Of a stretch of 64,000 bases of DNA, positions 28,723 through 39,458 are shown piece after piece. How positions within the stretch are numbered: the first letter of the stretch is position 1; each line of letters begins with the position of its first letter. Below the pieces are notes generated by a model. It made no database searches and was not told where the DNA came from. It was given only the letters and a program-made list of their open reading frames with translations. Location of the stretch: contig CAZTBM010000002.1 of assembly GCA_964611985.1 (NCBI GenBank), forward strand, positions 12,802 through 76,801. The letters run 5' to 3'. The DNA is from an uncultured Desulfurococcales archaeon. Lineage in GTDB: Archaea; Thermoproteota; Thermoprotei_A; CAZTBM01; SZUA-1508. A program made the translations under genes and the position numbers.

Positions 28723-30150
28723 ACTTAAAATATCTAAAATAGTTTTATTTAATTCTTCATATCTCGCATTTATTTCTTCGATTACTCTTTCGATATTAGA
28801 TTTATCTAAGCTCAGTAGTTTAATGGACTCCTTTATCATGTACTTGACTTGTTCTGGATTGGGGCTTCCTAAGTTCTTTTTAATCAATAGCCACCCTTTT
28901 ATGTCCTTAGCTTTCATCTCTAAATTGTATTCGTTATTTATTTCTCTTACTACCACCATAATGTCATGATGTTTTGCTAAGAGCTTGGCTACTTTAAAGT
29001 ACGCTTTTCTAAAGGGTTCTCCAGTTTTAAGTGATAGTTGCTCAGCAATATCTGAAGCTATCACAGGATATGACATAGCATCTTTACACATTCTGTCTTT
29101 GTTAAATGTGGCTGTTCTAATGACATCATTTAGTACATCTATAGTATTTTTAGTTATTTCGATTATGTTTCTTATATGCTTTGTTATTTCCTGTAAATCT
29201 AGATTGTAACCTGACATTAATGATTTATAGATCGCAATGATACTTACGAGGTCTCCTAAGGCATCGCCTATCCTGGCTCGTGTGATTTCAAGTGTCACAG
29301 GGTTTCTCTTATGGGGCATGATACTACTAGTACTTACATGATGTGGACTTAGTGTTACATAATTTATTTGGGGCATACTCCAGAGTATTAAATCTTCTAT
29401 TGCCCTAGATAGTTCGATTAGTAGTGATACTAAAGCTGAAGCGGTGTATAGTATGAAATCTCTAGTTGATGTGGCATATAGAGTATTCTTTATTGGGGCC
29501 TCAAAGCCTAATAAATACGCTAGTCTCTCTCTATCCATGGGAACTGTTGTAGAAGCGCAAGCAGCAGAACCTTGAGGGCAAATATTTATACAGTTCTTTA
29601 AGGTATAAAATAATATCCTCCAACTTGTTTGAAGCGCCTCTTCTACTGATAAGAAGTAGTGTGCTAAAGTGGAAATTTGTGCAGGTCGGTAATGGGTATA
29701 ATATGGTAGTACTATGTCTATGCTTTCCTCAGCTTTCTTGATGAGTGTTTCACGTAGCATTATTAATGAGTTTAATATGTTAATTAATTCTGTTCGTATT
29801 TTCATTCTTATGGCCGTTGCTACCTGATCATTTCTACTTTTACCTAAGTTAACCCATGCTCCTTTATCTCCCAAGTTTTCGATAGCCTTAGCTTCTAAAG
29901 CTTCATGAACATCCTCATATGGTAGTTCTAGTATCTTACTTTTTTCTTGTCTTAGCTTTAGTAATGCCTTCACTATGTTTTTTGCTATATCTTTACTCAA
30001 AACATCCTTCTCGTACAAATGTATCGTATGAGCTAATATTACGAGTATTGTTTCATCATAAATCCATGGATCTATCGTTTTTATTGAGGAAATATATCCT
30101 CTCAGAAAATCTTCCTGTTCACCTAAAGCCACCTGTCTATACATATGCAT
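28717..30150 (-). CDS. argH: Argininosuccinate lyase
   Basis: EDVHEA, KSRNDQVAT, YTHYRPAQ, SSIMPHKRNP, GYNLDLQE. Confidence 0.93.
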   Translation of the reverse strand: MHMYRQVALGEQEDFLRGYISSIKTIDPWIYDETILVILAHTIHLYEKDVLSKDIAKNIVKALLKLRQEKSKILELPYEDVHEALEAKAIENLGDKGAWVNLGKSRNDQVATAIRMKIRTELINILNSLIMLRETLIKKAEESIDIVLPYYTHYRPAQISTLAHYFLSVEEALQTSWRILFYTLKNCINICPQGSAACASTTVPMDRERLAYLLGFEAPIKNTLYATSTRDFILYTASALVSLLIELSRAIEDLILWSMPQINYVTLSPHHVSTSSIMPHKRNPVTLEITRARIGDALGDLVSIIAIYKSLMSGYNLDLQEITKHIRNIIEITKNTIDVLNDVIRTATFNKDRMCKDAMSYPVIASDIAEQLSLKTGEPFRKAYFKVAKLLAKHHDIMVVVREINNEYNLEMKAKDIKGWLLIKKNLGSPNPEQVKYMIKESIKLLSLDKSNIERVIEEINARYEELNKTILDILSS

Positions 30151-30252
30151 TTACCTCGATTGTTTGTGTTGATTGCTAAATGCTGTTATTGTTCCAACTT
30201 TGATTATAGAGCTTAAAGTAAAAAGATGATAATATAAGTTAGTTATAGTATC

Positions 30253-31437
30253 TTACTTCTTCCTAACCTTCTTTGCTAGAAGGGATTGCATCCCTAAGGC
30301 GTCTATGAATCCTCTTGCTTCTGCATCTGAGGGAAACCATTGTTTCTCATAGCTTATCATTTCCTCACTGTATATTGCATTGGGACTATATCTACCGACG
30401 ATCTGTACGTTACCCTTGTATAGTTTTACTAAGACCTTCCCATTAACCCATTGTGACATATGATCTATTATTAGATCTAGCTCTTCTCTTATAGGATCAA
30501 ACCATAATCCTTCATAAACTATTTTGCTCCAATACATATCTATGATACCTTTCAAGAAGAGTTCACTTCTAGTTAACACTAGTTTCTCGAGATCTTCATG
30601 GGCTTTAATGAAAACTATAGCAGCTGGGGCTTCATAGACCTCTCTTGACTTTAAGCCTATAACTCTATCCTCCATATGGTCTATTCTGCCAACGCCATGA
30701 GAGCCGGCGATAGCATTCATTTTCTCAACAATCTCTTTAGGAGAATACTCTTCTCCATTAATTTTTACTGGAACTCCCTTCTTGAATTCTATTTCAACAT
30801 ATTGTGGTCTATCTGGTGCTTTCAATGGATTAACTGTCCACAAGAATCCATCCTCAGGTGGCTCCTGGAATGGATCATCTAACTCTGGTCCTTCAATACT
30901 CCTGCCCCAAAGGTTATCGTCAATACTGAACCTCTTATGAACATTGGATATGGGTATACCATGCTCCATAGCATATTTCAATTCTTGACTTCTAGTCCAT
31001 CCTAGTTCTCTTATTGGTGCCAGGATTTTAAGATTAGGATTTAAAGCCTTGATGGATATTTCTATTCTTAACTGATCATTACCTTTAGCTGTACAGCCAT
31101 GAGCAATATACTCTGCTCCAACCTTTTCAGCTATTTCTACAACCTTTTTTGCAATTAATGGTCTAGCAAGAGCTGTGCTTAGAGGGTAAGCTTTCTCATA
31201 TAGGGCATTAGCCTTGATAGCCTTAAACACGTAATCTTTAATGAATTCTTCTTTAGCATCAATAGTGTAATGTTCTATTGCTCCAATTTTGTATGCTTTT
31301 TCCTCTACTTCTCTAAGATCTTCTGCTTGACCTACATCAACAGTAACGGTGATCACTTGAAAACCCTTATCCTTAAGTAATTTTATAGCAATTGATGTAT
31401 CTAATCCTCCTGAGTAAGCCAATACAGCCCTTTTCAT
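30253..31437 (-). CDS. argG: Argininosuccinate synthase
   Basis: [32 protein letters not shown]. Confidence 0.96.
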   Translation of the reverse strand: MKRAVLAYSGGLDTSIAIKLLKDKGFQVITVTVDVGQAEDLREVEEKAYKIGAIEHYTIDAKEEFIKDYVFKAIKANALYEKAYPLSTALARPLIAKKVVEIAEKVGAEYIAHGCTAKGNDQLRIEISIKALNPNLKILAPIRELGWTRSQELKYAMEHGIPISNVHKRFSIDDNLWGRSIEGPELDDPFQEPPEDGFLWTVNPLKAPDRPQYVEIEFKKGVPVKINGEEYSPKEIVEKMNAIAGSHGVGRIDHMEDRVIGLKSREVYEAPAAIVFIKAHEDLEKLVLTRSELFLKGIIDMYWSKIVYEGLWFDPIREELDLIIDHMSQWVNGKVLVKLYKGNVQIVGRYSPNAIYSEEMISYEKQWFPSDAEARGFIDALGMQSLLAKKVRKK

Positions 31438-31495
31438 AAACCCTTAACCACCCTCAAACGCTAGCTAAAGAATCTACAGATATATAAAGGTTATC

Positions 31496-31512
31496 ATTAA
31501 GGATTCCTTAAT
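31496..31512. promoter_or_regulatory. Palindromic operator candidate ATTAAGGA-T-TCCTTAAT upstream of argG
   Basis: Perfect 8-bp inverted repeat next to a minus-strand TATA (TTTATATA, 31481-31488); AGGATTCCT core shared with 6553-6567. Confidence 0.55.
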
Positions 31513-31707
31513 TAGAATAATTATAACATTTGAGGAAACCTTAACGTAACATTTATATTCCTTAGAGATATAGGTTATTCTACGAATAGAACATGATACT
31601 TAGTTTAAAATGACTCCCTTGATACGGTCAAGTTACCCTTTAATGCGGGTAAGAGGGTAAGAAGAAGATTAAATTTATCTTTAGTAGAAATACTATAATC
31701 GTGGGGA

Positions 31708-32271
31708 TTGTACTTGAAGCCTGCATTGATAATAGTAGATATGCTAGAGGAGTTCGTTCATGGAAGACTAAAGAGTCCACAAGCAGAGGCAATTATACCA
31801 ACAATCCAAAATCTTATCAAAGCATTCAAAAGCAAGAACCTGCCAGTAATATATGTTGTTGACTCACATCTACTAAGTGACATAGAATTTAAGATTTGGG
31901 GGCCTCACGCACTTAAAGGAACTAGTGAGGCGAAAATTATAGAGGAGCTTAAGCCTGCCTCAGAGGATTTGGTATTTGAGAAAAGATACTATAGTGGCTT
32001 TAGGGATACAGGCCTTGATGTAACATTAAGAGATTTAGGCGTTGATACCGTTGTTCTAACAGGCATACATACCCATATCTGTGTTCTGCACACAGCTGCC
32101 GACGCATTCTACTTAAGATACAATATTATTGTTGTCAAGGACGCTGTTGCCGCATTCAGTCTCAGTGATCACGAATATGCCCTTAAGTATATGGGGCAAG
32201 TTTATGGAGCTAAACTTTTAACTTCAGAGGAAGTCATAAATCTACTTAAGGAATTGAAGGTGAAAAAGTAA
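31708..32271 (+). CDS. Cysteine hydrolase (isochorismatase/nicotinamidase family)
   Basis: IVDM, DSH, WGPHA, KRYYSGF, GIHTHICV (Asp-Lys-Cys triad). Confidence 0.88.
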   Translation: MYLKPALIIVDMLEEFVHGRLKSPQAEAIIPTIQNLIKAFKSKNLPVIYVVDSHLLSDIEFKIWGPHALKGTSEAKIIEELKPASEDLVFEKRYYSGFRDTGLDVTLRDLGVDTVVLTGIHTHICVLHTAADAFYLRYNIIVVKDAVAAFSLSDHEYALKYMGQVYGAKLLTSEEVINLLKELKVKK

Positions 32272-34109
32272 TGTCAAAAGGGTGGACTGGTAAAATTCTA
32301 AGAATCGACCTCACACGAAGAGAGTATAAAATATGGGAATATCCTGCTGACTTAGCGTTAAATTATATTGGTGGTCGAGGCTTTGCAATAAAGATACTCT
32401 GGGATGAGTTGAAAGCAGAAACAAACGCTCTATCACCGGATAACATACTGGTATTTGCGGCTGGACCGTTAACGGGGCTTATGCTACCATGTAGTGGTAA
32501 ACTTGTAGTAGCATCTAAGAGTCCATTAACAGGCGGATACGGCGATGGCAACGTTGGCACATGGGCATCAGTACAGATGCGTAAGGCCGGATATGATGCA
32601 GTAATTATTAGAGGCGCCTCCGAGAAGCCCATATACCTCTACATAGAGGATGATAAAGTAGAGTTTAATGATGCAGATAATCTATGGGGTAAAGACACTT
32701 TCACGGCAGAAAGAAAGCTAAGGGAAACCCACGGTAAAGATGTAGGAGTTCTCGTTATAGGACCTGCTGGTGAGAACCTCGTTAAGTACGCTACTATCAT
32801 CTCGCAGGAAGGTAGAAGTGGAGGTAGACCAGGTTTAGGAGCTGTTATGGGTTCTAAGAAGCTTAAGGCAGTAGTATTCAAGGGTACAAAGGAAATACCC
32901 GTAGATAACCCTGAGGAACTTAAAAAACTTGGAACCGAGGGATACTCCTCGCTAAAATCTAGGAAAGGCTATGACTTCTGGGTTAGACAAGGAACAATGA
33001 TGACTGTTGAATGGGCTCAGGGAGCAAGTGTTCTACCCACTTATAACTTTAGGGAAGGAGTTTTCGACTATGCCGAGAATATTGGCGGCTTCGCTATGGA
33101 GAGGATTAAGGTTGCCCAGAGAAGCTGTCCGTATTGTGGTATGCCTTGTGGTAATGTAGTTAAAGATGCTGAAGAAGAGCTGTCAGAGTTAGACTATGAA
33201 AATGTAGCAATGTTAGGTTCGAACATAGGGTTAGGGGATTTAAGGAAAGTTGCCGTACTTAACAGGTTAGCCGATACGTATGGTGTTGACACAATATCCC
33301 TTGGCAACACAATAGCGTTCACAATGGAGGCTTGTGAGAAGAAGCTAATCAAAGATTATACTATAGAGTGGGGTGACTACAAGAAGGCGATAGAGTTAAT
33401 ACATGACATTGTTTATCGTAGAGGAATAGGTGATATGCTTGCCGAAGGTGTTAGAGAGGTTTCAAGAAGACTGGGTGGTGATAGCTGGAAGTGGGCAATG
33501 CACATTAAGGGTTTAGAGATATCAGCATATGATTGTCATGCGGCACCAGGTATGGCATTGGCGTTCTCAACTTCACCTATAGGTGCGCATCACAAGGACG
33601 CATGGGTTATATCATGGGAAGTAAGTTACGGTAGAGACAAAATAACCAAAGATAAAGTAATGAAGGTAATTGAATTCCAGAGGATTAGAGGAGGCATGTT
33701 TGAAACTCTAGTAGCCTGCAGACTCCCATGGATAGAGCTCGGATTCGAGCTAGACTGGTACCTAAAATACTTTAAGCTAGCAACAGGCCACACAATAACA
33801 CTTGACGAGTACTTCACAATAAGTGATCGAATATACGCTCTCATTAGGGCATTCTGGATCAGAGAATATGAAGGCAAATGGAGTAGACTTATGGACATGC
33901 CACCAGCAAGATGGTTCGAAGAGCCTCTGACTAAAGGTCCACTAAAAGGTTCCAAACTGAGCAAAGACAGTTATGAACAGCTACTATCGTGGTATTATGA
34001 AGCTAGAGGATGGGATGATAGAGGCATTCCACGAAAGTCAACACTAATAAAGCTAGGCTTAAGTTTCGCCATAGACGATTTAGAAAGATACATCAATCTA
34101 AGTGAGTGA
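32271..34109 (+). CDS. for: Tungsten aldehyde:ferredoxin oxidoreductase, FOR subtype
   Basis: IGGRG, KSPLTGGYGDGN, GRPGLGAVMGSK, CPYCGMPC, LDYEN, AHHKDAW resemble Thermococcales FOR. Confidence 0.85.
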   Translation: MSKGWTGKILRIDLTRREYKIWEYPADLALNYIGGRGFAIKILWDELKAETNALSPDNILVFAAGPLTGLMLPCSGKLVVASKSPLTGGYGDGNVGTWASVQMRKAGYDAVIIRGASEKPIYLYIEDDKVEFNDADNLWGKDTFTAERKLRETHGKDVGVLVIGPAGENLVKYATIISQEGRSGGRPGLGAVMGSKKLKAVVFKGTKEIPVDNPEELKKLGTEGYSSLKSRKGYDFWVRQGTMMTVEWAQGASVLPTYNFREGVFDYAENIGGFAMERIKVAQRSCPYCGMPCGNVVKDAEEELSELDYENVAMLGSNIGLGDLRKVAVLNRLADTYGVDTISLGNTIAFTMEACEKKLIKDYTIEWGDYKKAIELIHDIVYRRGIGDMLAEGVREVSRRLGGDSWKWAMHIKGLEISAYDCHAAPGMALAFSTSPIGAHHKDAWVISWEVSYGRDKITKDKVMKVIEFQRIRGGMFETLVACRLPWIELGFELDWYLKYFKLATGHTITLDEYFTISDRIYALIRAFWIREYEGKWSRLMDMPPARWFEEPLTKGPLKGSKLSKDSYEQLLSWYYEARGWDDRGIPRKSTLIKLGLSFAIDDLERYINLSE

Positions 34110-34156
34110 TTTTTCTCTTACATTATCCTCTTTTATATCATACTCACATTATAGAG

Positions 34157-35329
34157 CTAAACTGTAAACTTCTTATTAACGTAACGAAATAGAATCGGTG
34201 TTATAATAGATGTTGTGAGTAATACTACTATTATTGTTGCATAAATCTCTGTTGATATCATTTTATTTTCCAGTGCAAAACGTAAAATCGCTGTCTCTAA
34301 AGCCCCTCTACTCTCCATACCTATACCAACTATTAATGCTAGTCTCCTCCCATAACCCATGAGAATCAGGGGTACAAAACATCCTATAAACTTCCCTAAA
34401 AACGCCACAATTACCAATACTATCGTTAATGTCACACTTATTTCTTTAATATCTGGGTTGAAGAGGAGCCCTACGTAAATAAAGAATAATGTGGTAAAAA
34501 CTGTTTCAAGCATGAATCTTACTTCACTAACCAAACTTGAAAGCCTAATGACGTTAATCAAAAGGGGATCGTGAACTTCCCTTATTCTACTAACCATTAA
34601 TCCTCCAAGATATGCTCCAACAACTTCACTTAGTCCTATCTCTCTAGAGATAAAGGCTAATGTGAAGGCTATTATTAACGAGAATATTAATGTTCTGGGC
34701 GTATCAGAAAATAAAGCATAGAGGTACTTCCAGTATTTCCTTACTATGAAACCCGACATCTTAATAACAATGAATATGAATAGTAACATCTTAATAGTCA
34801 AATAGAGGATGTCTTCAAATTTAAATTCGATACCACAAGCAATTAAGTTTATCAAGTATACTGCAAGAATATCATCAACGAATGATGCACCTATAAGTAT
34901 GGTGTTAGCCTCCTTATCGACTTTTTCCTTACTTAAGATCGCTGCTAAGGTCTCTGTAGCTGTATTAGATAGTGCTATTGATACTATGAATGCTATTATT
35001 AAAGGTAAACCTAAAATTAAACATGCAGTAAAGGTTAATGCTATTGTTGTAAATGCACCTGACATACCAATTAGAATAGCAACTTTGCTTTTACCAGAAA
35101 TAGCTTTAAAATCGCTTGTTAACCCAGTATACAACATTAACAATATTAGGCCGAAATCAGCTAGTGCTTTTAACTCTATTGAAGGCTTTACAATACCTAG
35201 AAGGAAGGGTCCAAGTACTATTCCTGTTAAAATATCTGTAACTATTGGATGTAATCCGGCTCGTTTTACTACTTCGCCTAAAAGTTTCGCTATGAGTATA
35301 AGTAGAATTAATTGGAGTATATATTCCAA
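34157..35329 (-). CDS. Cation:proton antiporter (CPA2/NapA-like)
   Basis: Multi-TM, GIVLGP, FVDD, GAYLGG, SRGA. Confidence 0.85.
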   Translation of the reverse strand: MEYILQLILLILIAKLLGEVVKRAGLHPIVTDILTGIVLGPFLLGIVKPSIELKALADFGLILLMLYTGLTSDFKAISGKSKVAILIGMSGAFTTIALTFTACLILGLPLIIAFIVSIALSNTATETLAAILSKEKVDKEANTILIGASFVDDILAVYLINLIACGIEFKFEDILYLTIKMLLFIFIVIKMSGFIVRKYWKYLYALFSDTPRTLIFSLIIAFTLAFISREIGLSEVVGAYLGGLMVSRIREVHDPLLINVIRLSSLVSEVRFMLETVFTTLFFIYVGLLFNPDIKEISVTLTIVLVIVAFLGKFIGCFVPLILMGYGRRLALIVGIGMESRGALETAILRFALENKMISTEIYATIIVVLLTTSIITPILFRYVNKKFTV

Positions 35330-35430
35330 TTCTCTCTTTCACCATTACCTCAAGTCTACACTACTTTCTACTTTAAATATCTTAGTATCTATTCTAAGCT
35401 AAAAAGCTAATGGGTATTAAGTTCCTTTAG

Positions 35431-35481
35431 AGATAAATTTATAAAAGATTCTAGTCATGTTACCACTATAGTGTATATACT
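35431..35481 (+). promoter_or_regulatory. Duplicated promoter block of pit copy 1
   Basis: AGATAAATTTATAA..TAGTCATGT.ACCAC..TAGT.TATATACT recurs at about 36905-36955 upstream of copy 2. Confidence 0.6.
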
Positions 35482-35528
35482 TGAATATAGATTATATAGA
35501 GAAATAGACCAAATATTGGATGAGATAA

Positions 35529-36737
35529 ATGGTTATAGTATTATTGTGGATAGTTTTAGCCTCTATTGTGGCGTTCCTTGTGGCTTGGGTTAATGGCGCG
35601 AATAATGCAGCAAACGCCATAGGCACAGCAGTAGGATCCAAAGCACTTACATTAAAGAAGGCATTAATATTAACAGCTACCTTTGACTTTGTAGGAGCCA
35701 TACTATTTGGTCGTTTTGTATCTAAAACCTTACTTAAAGGCATCGTTGATATTCACGCTTACACAAACCCTTATATCGTAATGTATGGCATGTTTTGTGC
35801 CCTTTTAGCTACAGGACTATGGGTTATTGCGGCAACATGGTTTAAAATACCAATGTCAATATCACAAGCCATAGTAGGTGGCGTACTTGGATTTGGACTG
35901 GCCACTCAAGGTATTAATGTTATTAATTGGGAAAGAATCATTATAATTGTCTCCTCATGGTTTGTTGTACCACTCATTAGTATTATAGTGACTATACTAC
36001 TCTATTATGCTATATCATTTTTCTTGAATCGAGCTTCAGTAAATTCTTTACCTCTAATAGCTACATCCCTTTATACAGCATTCTTGTTTATTGTACTATT
36101 CCTTTTAATATTAAAGAATGGAGGATTAAATGAAGTAGTATATGCTTTAGGCTATTCATTATCCTTTGCATGTGCCACAGGAGTACTCTTTTATCTACTA
36201 TTCAAAATAAAAATACCCAAAGCTTCAGAAGAAGCCCGTAACTTTACATATAAGGTATTATTGATTATGGCTGTTGCAACCATGGCTTTCAGTCATGGCG
36301 CTCATGATGTCGCTAACTCCGCAGGGCCCTTAACCGGAATAATGGTCATAGCATTTAAACATACAATTCCTTATAGGATAGGTATTCCATATAGTATTCT
36401 TGCTTTATGTGCTGCAGGCATATCAATTGGTATTCTTATGTGGGGTTATAGCGTTGTAGAAACAATTGGAGAAAAGATAACAACTTTAACTACTCAATCA
36501 GCGTTCATAGCCCAGTTTTCCGCTTCGTTAATAGTATTGGTTATAACTAGACTTGGTATACCAACATCTACTACAGGAGCAATTATCGGAGCCGTAGCAG
36601 GAGTGGGTTTTGCTAGAGGGATAAGAAATGTTAACATAAAGTTACTTATTAAAATACTCATAATATGGGCTATAGCTGCACCTATAGTTGCTTTATTAGC
36701 AGCATTATTCCTGAGAATATTACTCATAATACTCTAG
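35529..36737 (+). CDS. pit: Inorganic phosphate transporter, PiT family, copy 1
   Basis: GANNAAN and HGAHDVAN signatures, PMS.SQ, PTSTT. Confidence 0.88.
   Translation: MVIVLLWIVLASIVAFLVAWVNGANNAANAIGTAVGSKALTLKKALILTATFDFVGAILFGRFVSKTLLKGIVDIHAYTNPYIVMYGMFCALLATGLWVIAATWFKIPMSISQAIVGGVLGFGLATQGINVINWERIIIIVSSWFVVPLISIIVTILLYYAISFFLNRASVNSLPLIATSLYTAFLFIVLFLLILKNGGLNEVVYALGYSLSFACATGVLFYLLFKIKIPKASEEARNFTYKVLLIMAVATMAFSHGAHDVANSAGPLTGIMVIAFKHTIPYRIGIPYSILALCAAGISIGILMWGYSVVETIGEKITTLTTQSAFIAQFSASLIVLVITRLGIPTSTTGAIIGAVAGVGFARGIRNVNIKLLIKILIIWAIAAPIVALLAALFLRILLIIL
35577..35881 (+). repeat. 305 bp exact direct repeat, copy 1 (within pit copy 1)
   Basis: Identical by eye to 37044-37348. Confidence 0.9.
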
Positions 36738-36998
36738 GTTCATCCAAGCTAATTTCTGGTTATACTGATTTGTTACTATAAGGGAACTCATTAATCCCTA
36801 ATTTCTTTTTAAATAACACGGTCATACATTTTTCTAGGACGTTAAGGCAATGTTTATTATTCTCATAATTTAATCCCTTAATTCCTTAGTACAATTTTTC
36901 TAAAAGATAAATTTATAAGAGTCCTTAGTCATGTAACCACAATAGTATATATACTCTCCTGTAGACTACAAAGAAGTATATAGGGTGAAAAATACTTT

Positions 36999-38216
36999 AT
37001 GTTCATGCTAATGTGGATTATCTTGGCCACTATCGCAGCATTTCTTGTGGCTTGGGTTAATGGCGCGAATAATGCAGCAAACGCCATAGGCACAGCAGTA
37101 GGATCCAAAGCACTTACATTAAAGAAGGCATTAATATTAACAGCTACCTTTGACTTTGTAGGAGCCATACTATTTGGTCGTTTTGTATCTAAAACCTTAC
37201 TTAAAGGCATCGTTGATATTCACGCTTACACAAACCCTTATATCGTAATGTATGGCATGTTTTGTGCCCTTTTAGCTACAGGACTATGGGTTATTGCGGC
37301 AACATGGTTTAAAATACCAATGTCAATATCACAAGCCATAGTAGGTGGAGTCATGGGTTTAGGTTTAGGTACACTTGGTCCAGGAGTTATCGATTGGGGT
37401 AAAATATCCATCATCTTATTTTCTTGGTATACGCTTCCCTTCTTTAGCGGACTAGTTGCTATAGGAATATACTATTTCATGAGCAAGTATCTGGCTAAAA
37501 TCTCTATTAATAAGCTTCCCATTATGTCAGTTATCCTATTCGCTATATTCGTATTCACTACAGTATTTCTTCTCTCAGTAAAAACCATGAAGATGAGTGA
37601 TTTAGTATTTGCCTTAAAATACTCAATAGGATTAGCACTGGCATTATCAGTACCATTCTATATTATATTTAAACATAAAATGCCGAAAACTCTTGAAGGA
37701 GCCAACCGTTATACTTACAGAGCATTACTTATAATGGCAGCCGCCACTATGGCTTTTAGCCATGGGGCTAATGATGTAGCTAATTCCGCAGGGCCATTAA
37801 CTGGTGTACTTATCATAGCGTTTGAACATAGAGTGCCTGCAGTTGTAAGTATACCCATGGAGGTTCTCGCTCTATGTGCTGCGGGTATAGCCATAGGTAT
37901 TCTTATGTGGGGTTATAAAGTTGTAGAGACTATAGGTGAAAAAATAACGACATTAACAGTTCAAACAGCATTTATTGCACAGTTCTCTGCATCAATAGCT
38001 GTACTCATAGTGACGAGGCTAGGTCTGCCTGTCTCAACAACTGTCGCTATAGTTGGCGCAGTAGCTGGTATAGGATTCGCTAAAGGTGTAAAAAATGTTA
38101 ACATAAAACTATTAATGAAAATAATTACTGTATGGACTGCAGCAGTACCTGTTGTTGCATTAATGTCAGCAATTTTCTTAAGGATTATATTATACTTTAT
38201 GCCACCAATATTCTAA
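36999..38216 (+). CDS. pit: Inorganic phosphate transporter, PiT family, copy 2
   Basis: GANNAAN and HGANDVAN signatures, PVSTT. Confidence 0.88.
   Translation: MFMLMWIILATIAAFLVAWVNGANNAANAIGTAVGSKALTLKKALILTATFDFVGAILFGRFVSKTLLKGIVDIHAYTNPYIVMYGMFCALLATGLWVIAATWFKIPMSISQAIVGGVMGLGLGTLGPGVIDWGKISIILFSWYTLPFFSGLVAIGIYYFMSKYLAKISINKLPIMSVILFAIFVFTTVFLLSVKTMKMSDLVFALKYSIGLALALSVPFYIIFKHKMPKTLEGANRYTYRALLIMAAATMAFSHGANDVANSAGPLTGVLIIAFEHRVPAVVSIPMEVLALCAAGIAIGILMWGYKVVETIGEKITTLTVQTAFIAQFSASIAVLIVTRLGLPVSTTVAIVGAVAGIGFAKGVKNVNIKLLMKIITVWTAAVPVVALMSAIFLRIILYFMPPIF
37044..37348 (+). repeat. 305 bp exact direct repeat, copy 2 (within pit copy 2)
   Basis: Identical by eye to 35577-35881. Confidence 0.9.
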
Positions 38217-38254
38217 TTAAAGCTAGTTAATGTAAATAGTATTTTAATGATAAA

Positions 38255-38920
38255 TTACATTTTCCTTATTGCTATAGCTCTTATATAGTCAGCTGCATCT
38301 TCACAAGCATCAGCAACCTCTTCTAGAGCATGATTAAAGTCGTCAAGTAGTACTACTAAGCCTATTGGAGTTATCTTGTTAGAGTACTTCATTAACATTC
38401 TTCTATTATTTATATCCGCTTCATCTGCCTTTTCCTCCAATTCCTCTACCTTCTCTGCTAAGTCACTTGCTCTTTTATAGTCCTCTTCAAAGAGTGCCCT
38501 TGCCGCTAGACATAGCATATCTGCTGTCTCAATATCAAGTCTTATTAATGTTTCAAATCCTTCTCTGAGCTCTGCAGGTACCTCAAGGTAAGGTATTATT
38601 GTGAGTATTCTTACGGCTTCCTTTATCCAGTCTGGTATTGCATCAAGTCTCTTTATGAGGTGGAATAAGTCCTCTCTTTCCTCAGGAGGTATTGTTGTTG
38701 ATGCTGATTCTAGTAAGTCTATTATTTCTCTTCTTATTATATCAGCATCCTTCTCCTTCTTCATACACTCTGTGAAAATGGTCATTGCCTCTCCGGTTCT
38801 CATAGTACTTAGTAAATTAACCCCACGTCCAAAGTTTTCTATAGTTTCATGTAGCTTCTCCAAATATTCGTAAATAAGATTTCTTATTTTCTCATATACT
38901 TCATTACTCTTTGATGGCAT
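38255..38920 (-). CDS. DUF47/PhoU-like phosphate transport regulator
   Basis: EKDADIIRR, REDL..L..RLD.I.D, LEEKAD, LEEVADACEDAAD; next to pit genes. Confidence 0.85.
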   Translation of the reverse strand: MPSKSNEVYEKIRNLIYEYLEKLHETIENFGRGVNLLSTMRTGEAMTIFTECMKKEKDADIIRREIIDLLESASTTIPPEEREDLFHLIKRLDAIPDWIKEAVRILTIIPYLEVPAELREGFETLIRLDIETADMLCLAARALFEEDYKRASDLAEKVEELEEKADEADINNRRMLMKYSNKITPIGLVVLLDDFNHALEEVADACEDAADYIRAIAIRKM

Positions 38921-38930
38921 GATTTCACCC

Positions 38931-39182
38931 TTAAACTTGGTTATCTGATGAGACTAAGGTTATTGACCTTATTACATGGGGTATGCTTCTAATTGAGGTT
39001 ACTACTTTATCTAATTCTCTTAGCGAGGATACTTCAACTCTTACAACGATATCATACTCTCCATAGACTACCTTTACTTCACTTACGCCATTTAATTGTT
39101 TTATTCTCTTAGCTACTTCGTGCTCTTTTCCTATATCAGCTAATAGTAGTATGTATGCAACGATTTTCTCCACGAAAAACAC
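38931..39182 (-). CDS. Stand-alone Lrp/AsnC ligand-binding (RAM) domain protein
   Basis: AYILL...GKE..V...VYGEYDIVVRV; no HTH. Confidence 0.85.
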   Translation of the reverse strand: MFFVEKIVAYILLLADIGKEHEVAKRIKQLNGVSEVKVVYGEYDIVVRVEVSSLRELDKVVTSIRSIPHVIRSITLVSSDNQV

Positions 39183-39458
39183 CTACCCTTAGTAAAGTAA
39201 GCTTATATCTACTTAAACTATACTATTCATCAAACCATTCTTTTACTAAACTATATCTTCATTTTACTAATAGAGAATTAACTTTTGCTCTTTATGGAGA
39301 CTTTAAAGCTGGTATTGTCATGAGCATTACTTGAGAGGCAAAATTCAGATACCAATTTACCACAACTTAGATAACTAGTAGTACATTTAACAGTGAGATA
39401 GGTAGAGTAACTTAACAGCTAAATTAAAGATGTCTATGTAGCCCTCAGGGTAACTAGT

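Noticed and set aside
31630..31665. TTACCCT/AGGGTAA inverted repeat with tandem GGGTAAGA
   Set aside because: Short and isolated; no IS ends, array or second copy seen.
35492..37210. Two near-identical small minus-strand ORFs (35492-35743, 36929-37210)
   Set aside because: They are the antisense of the 305 bp repeat inside the pit genes.
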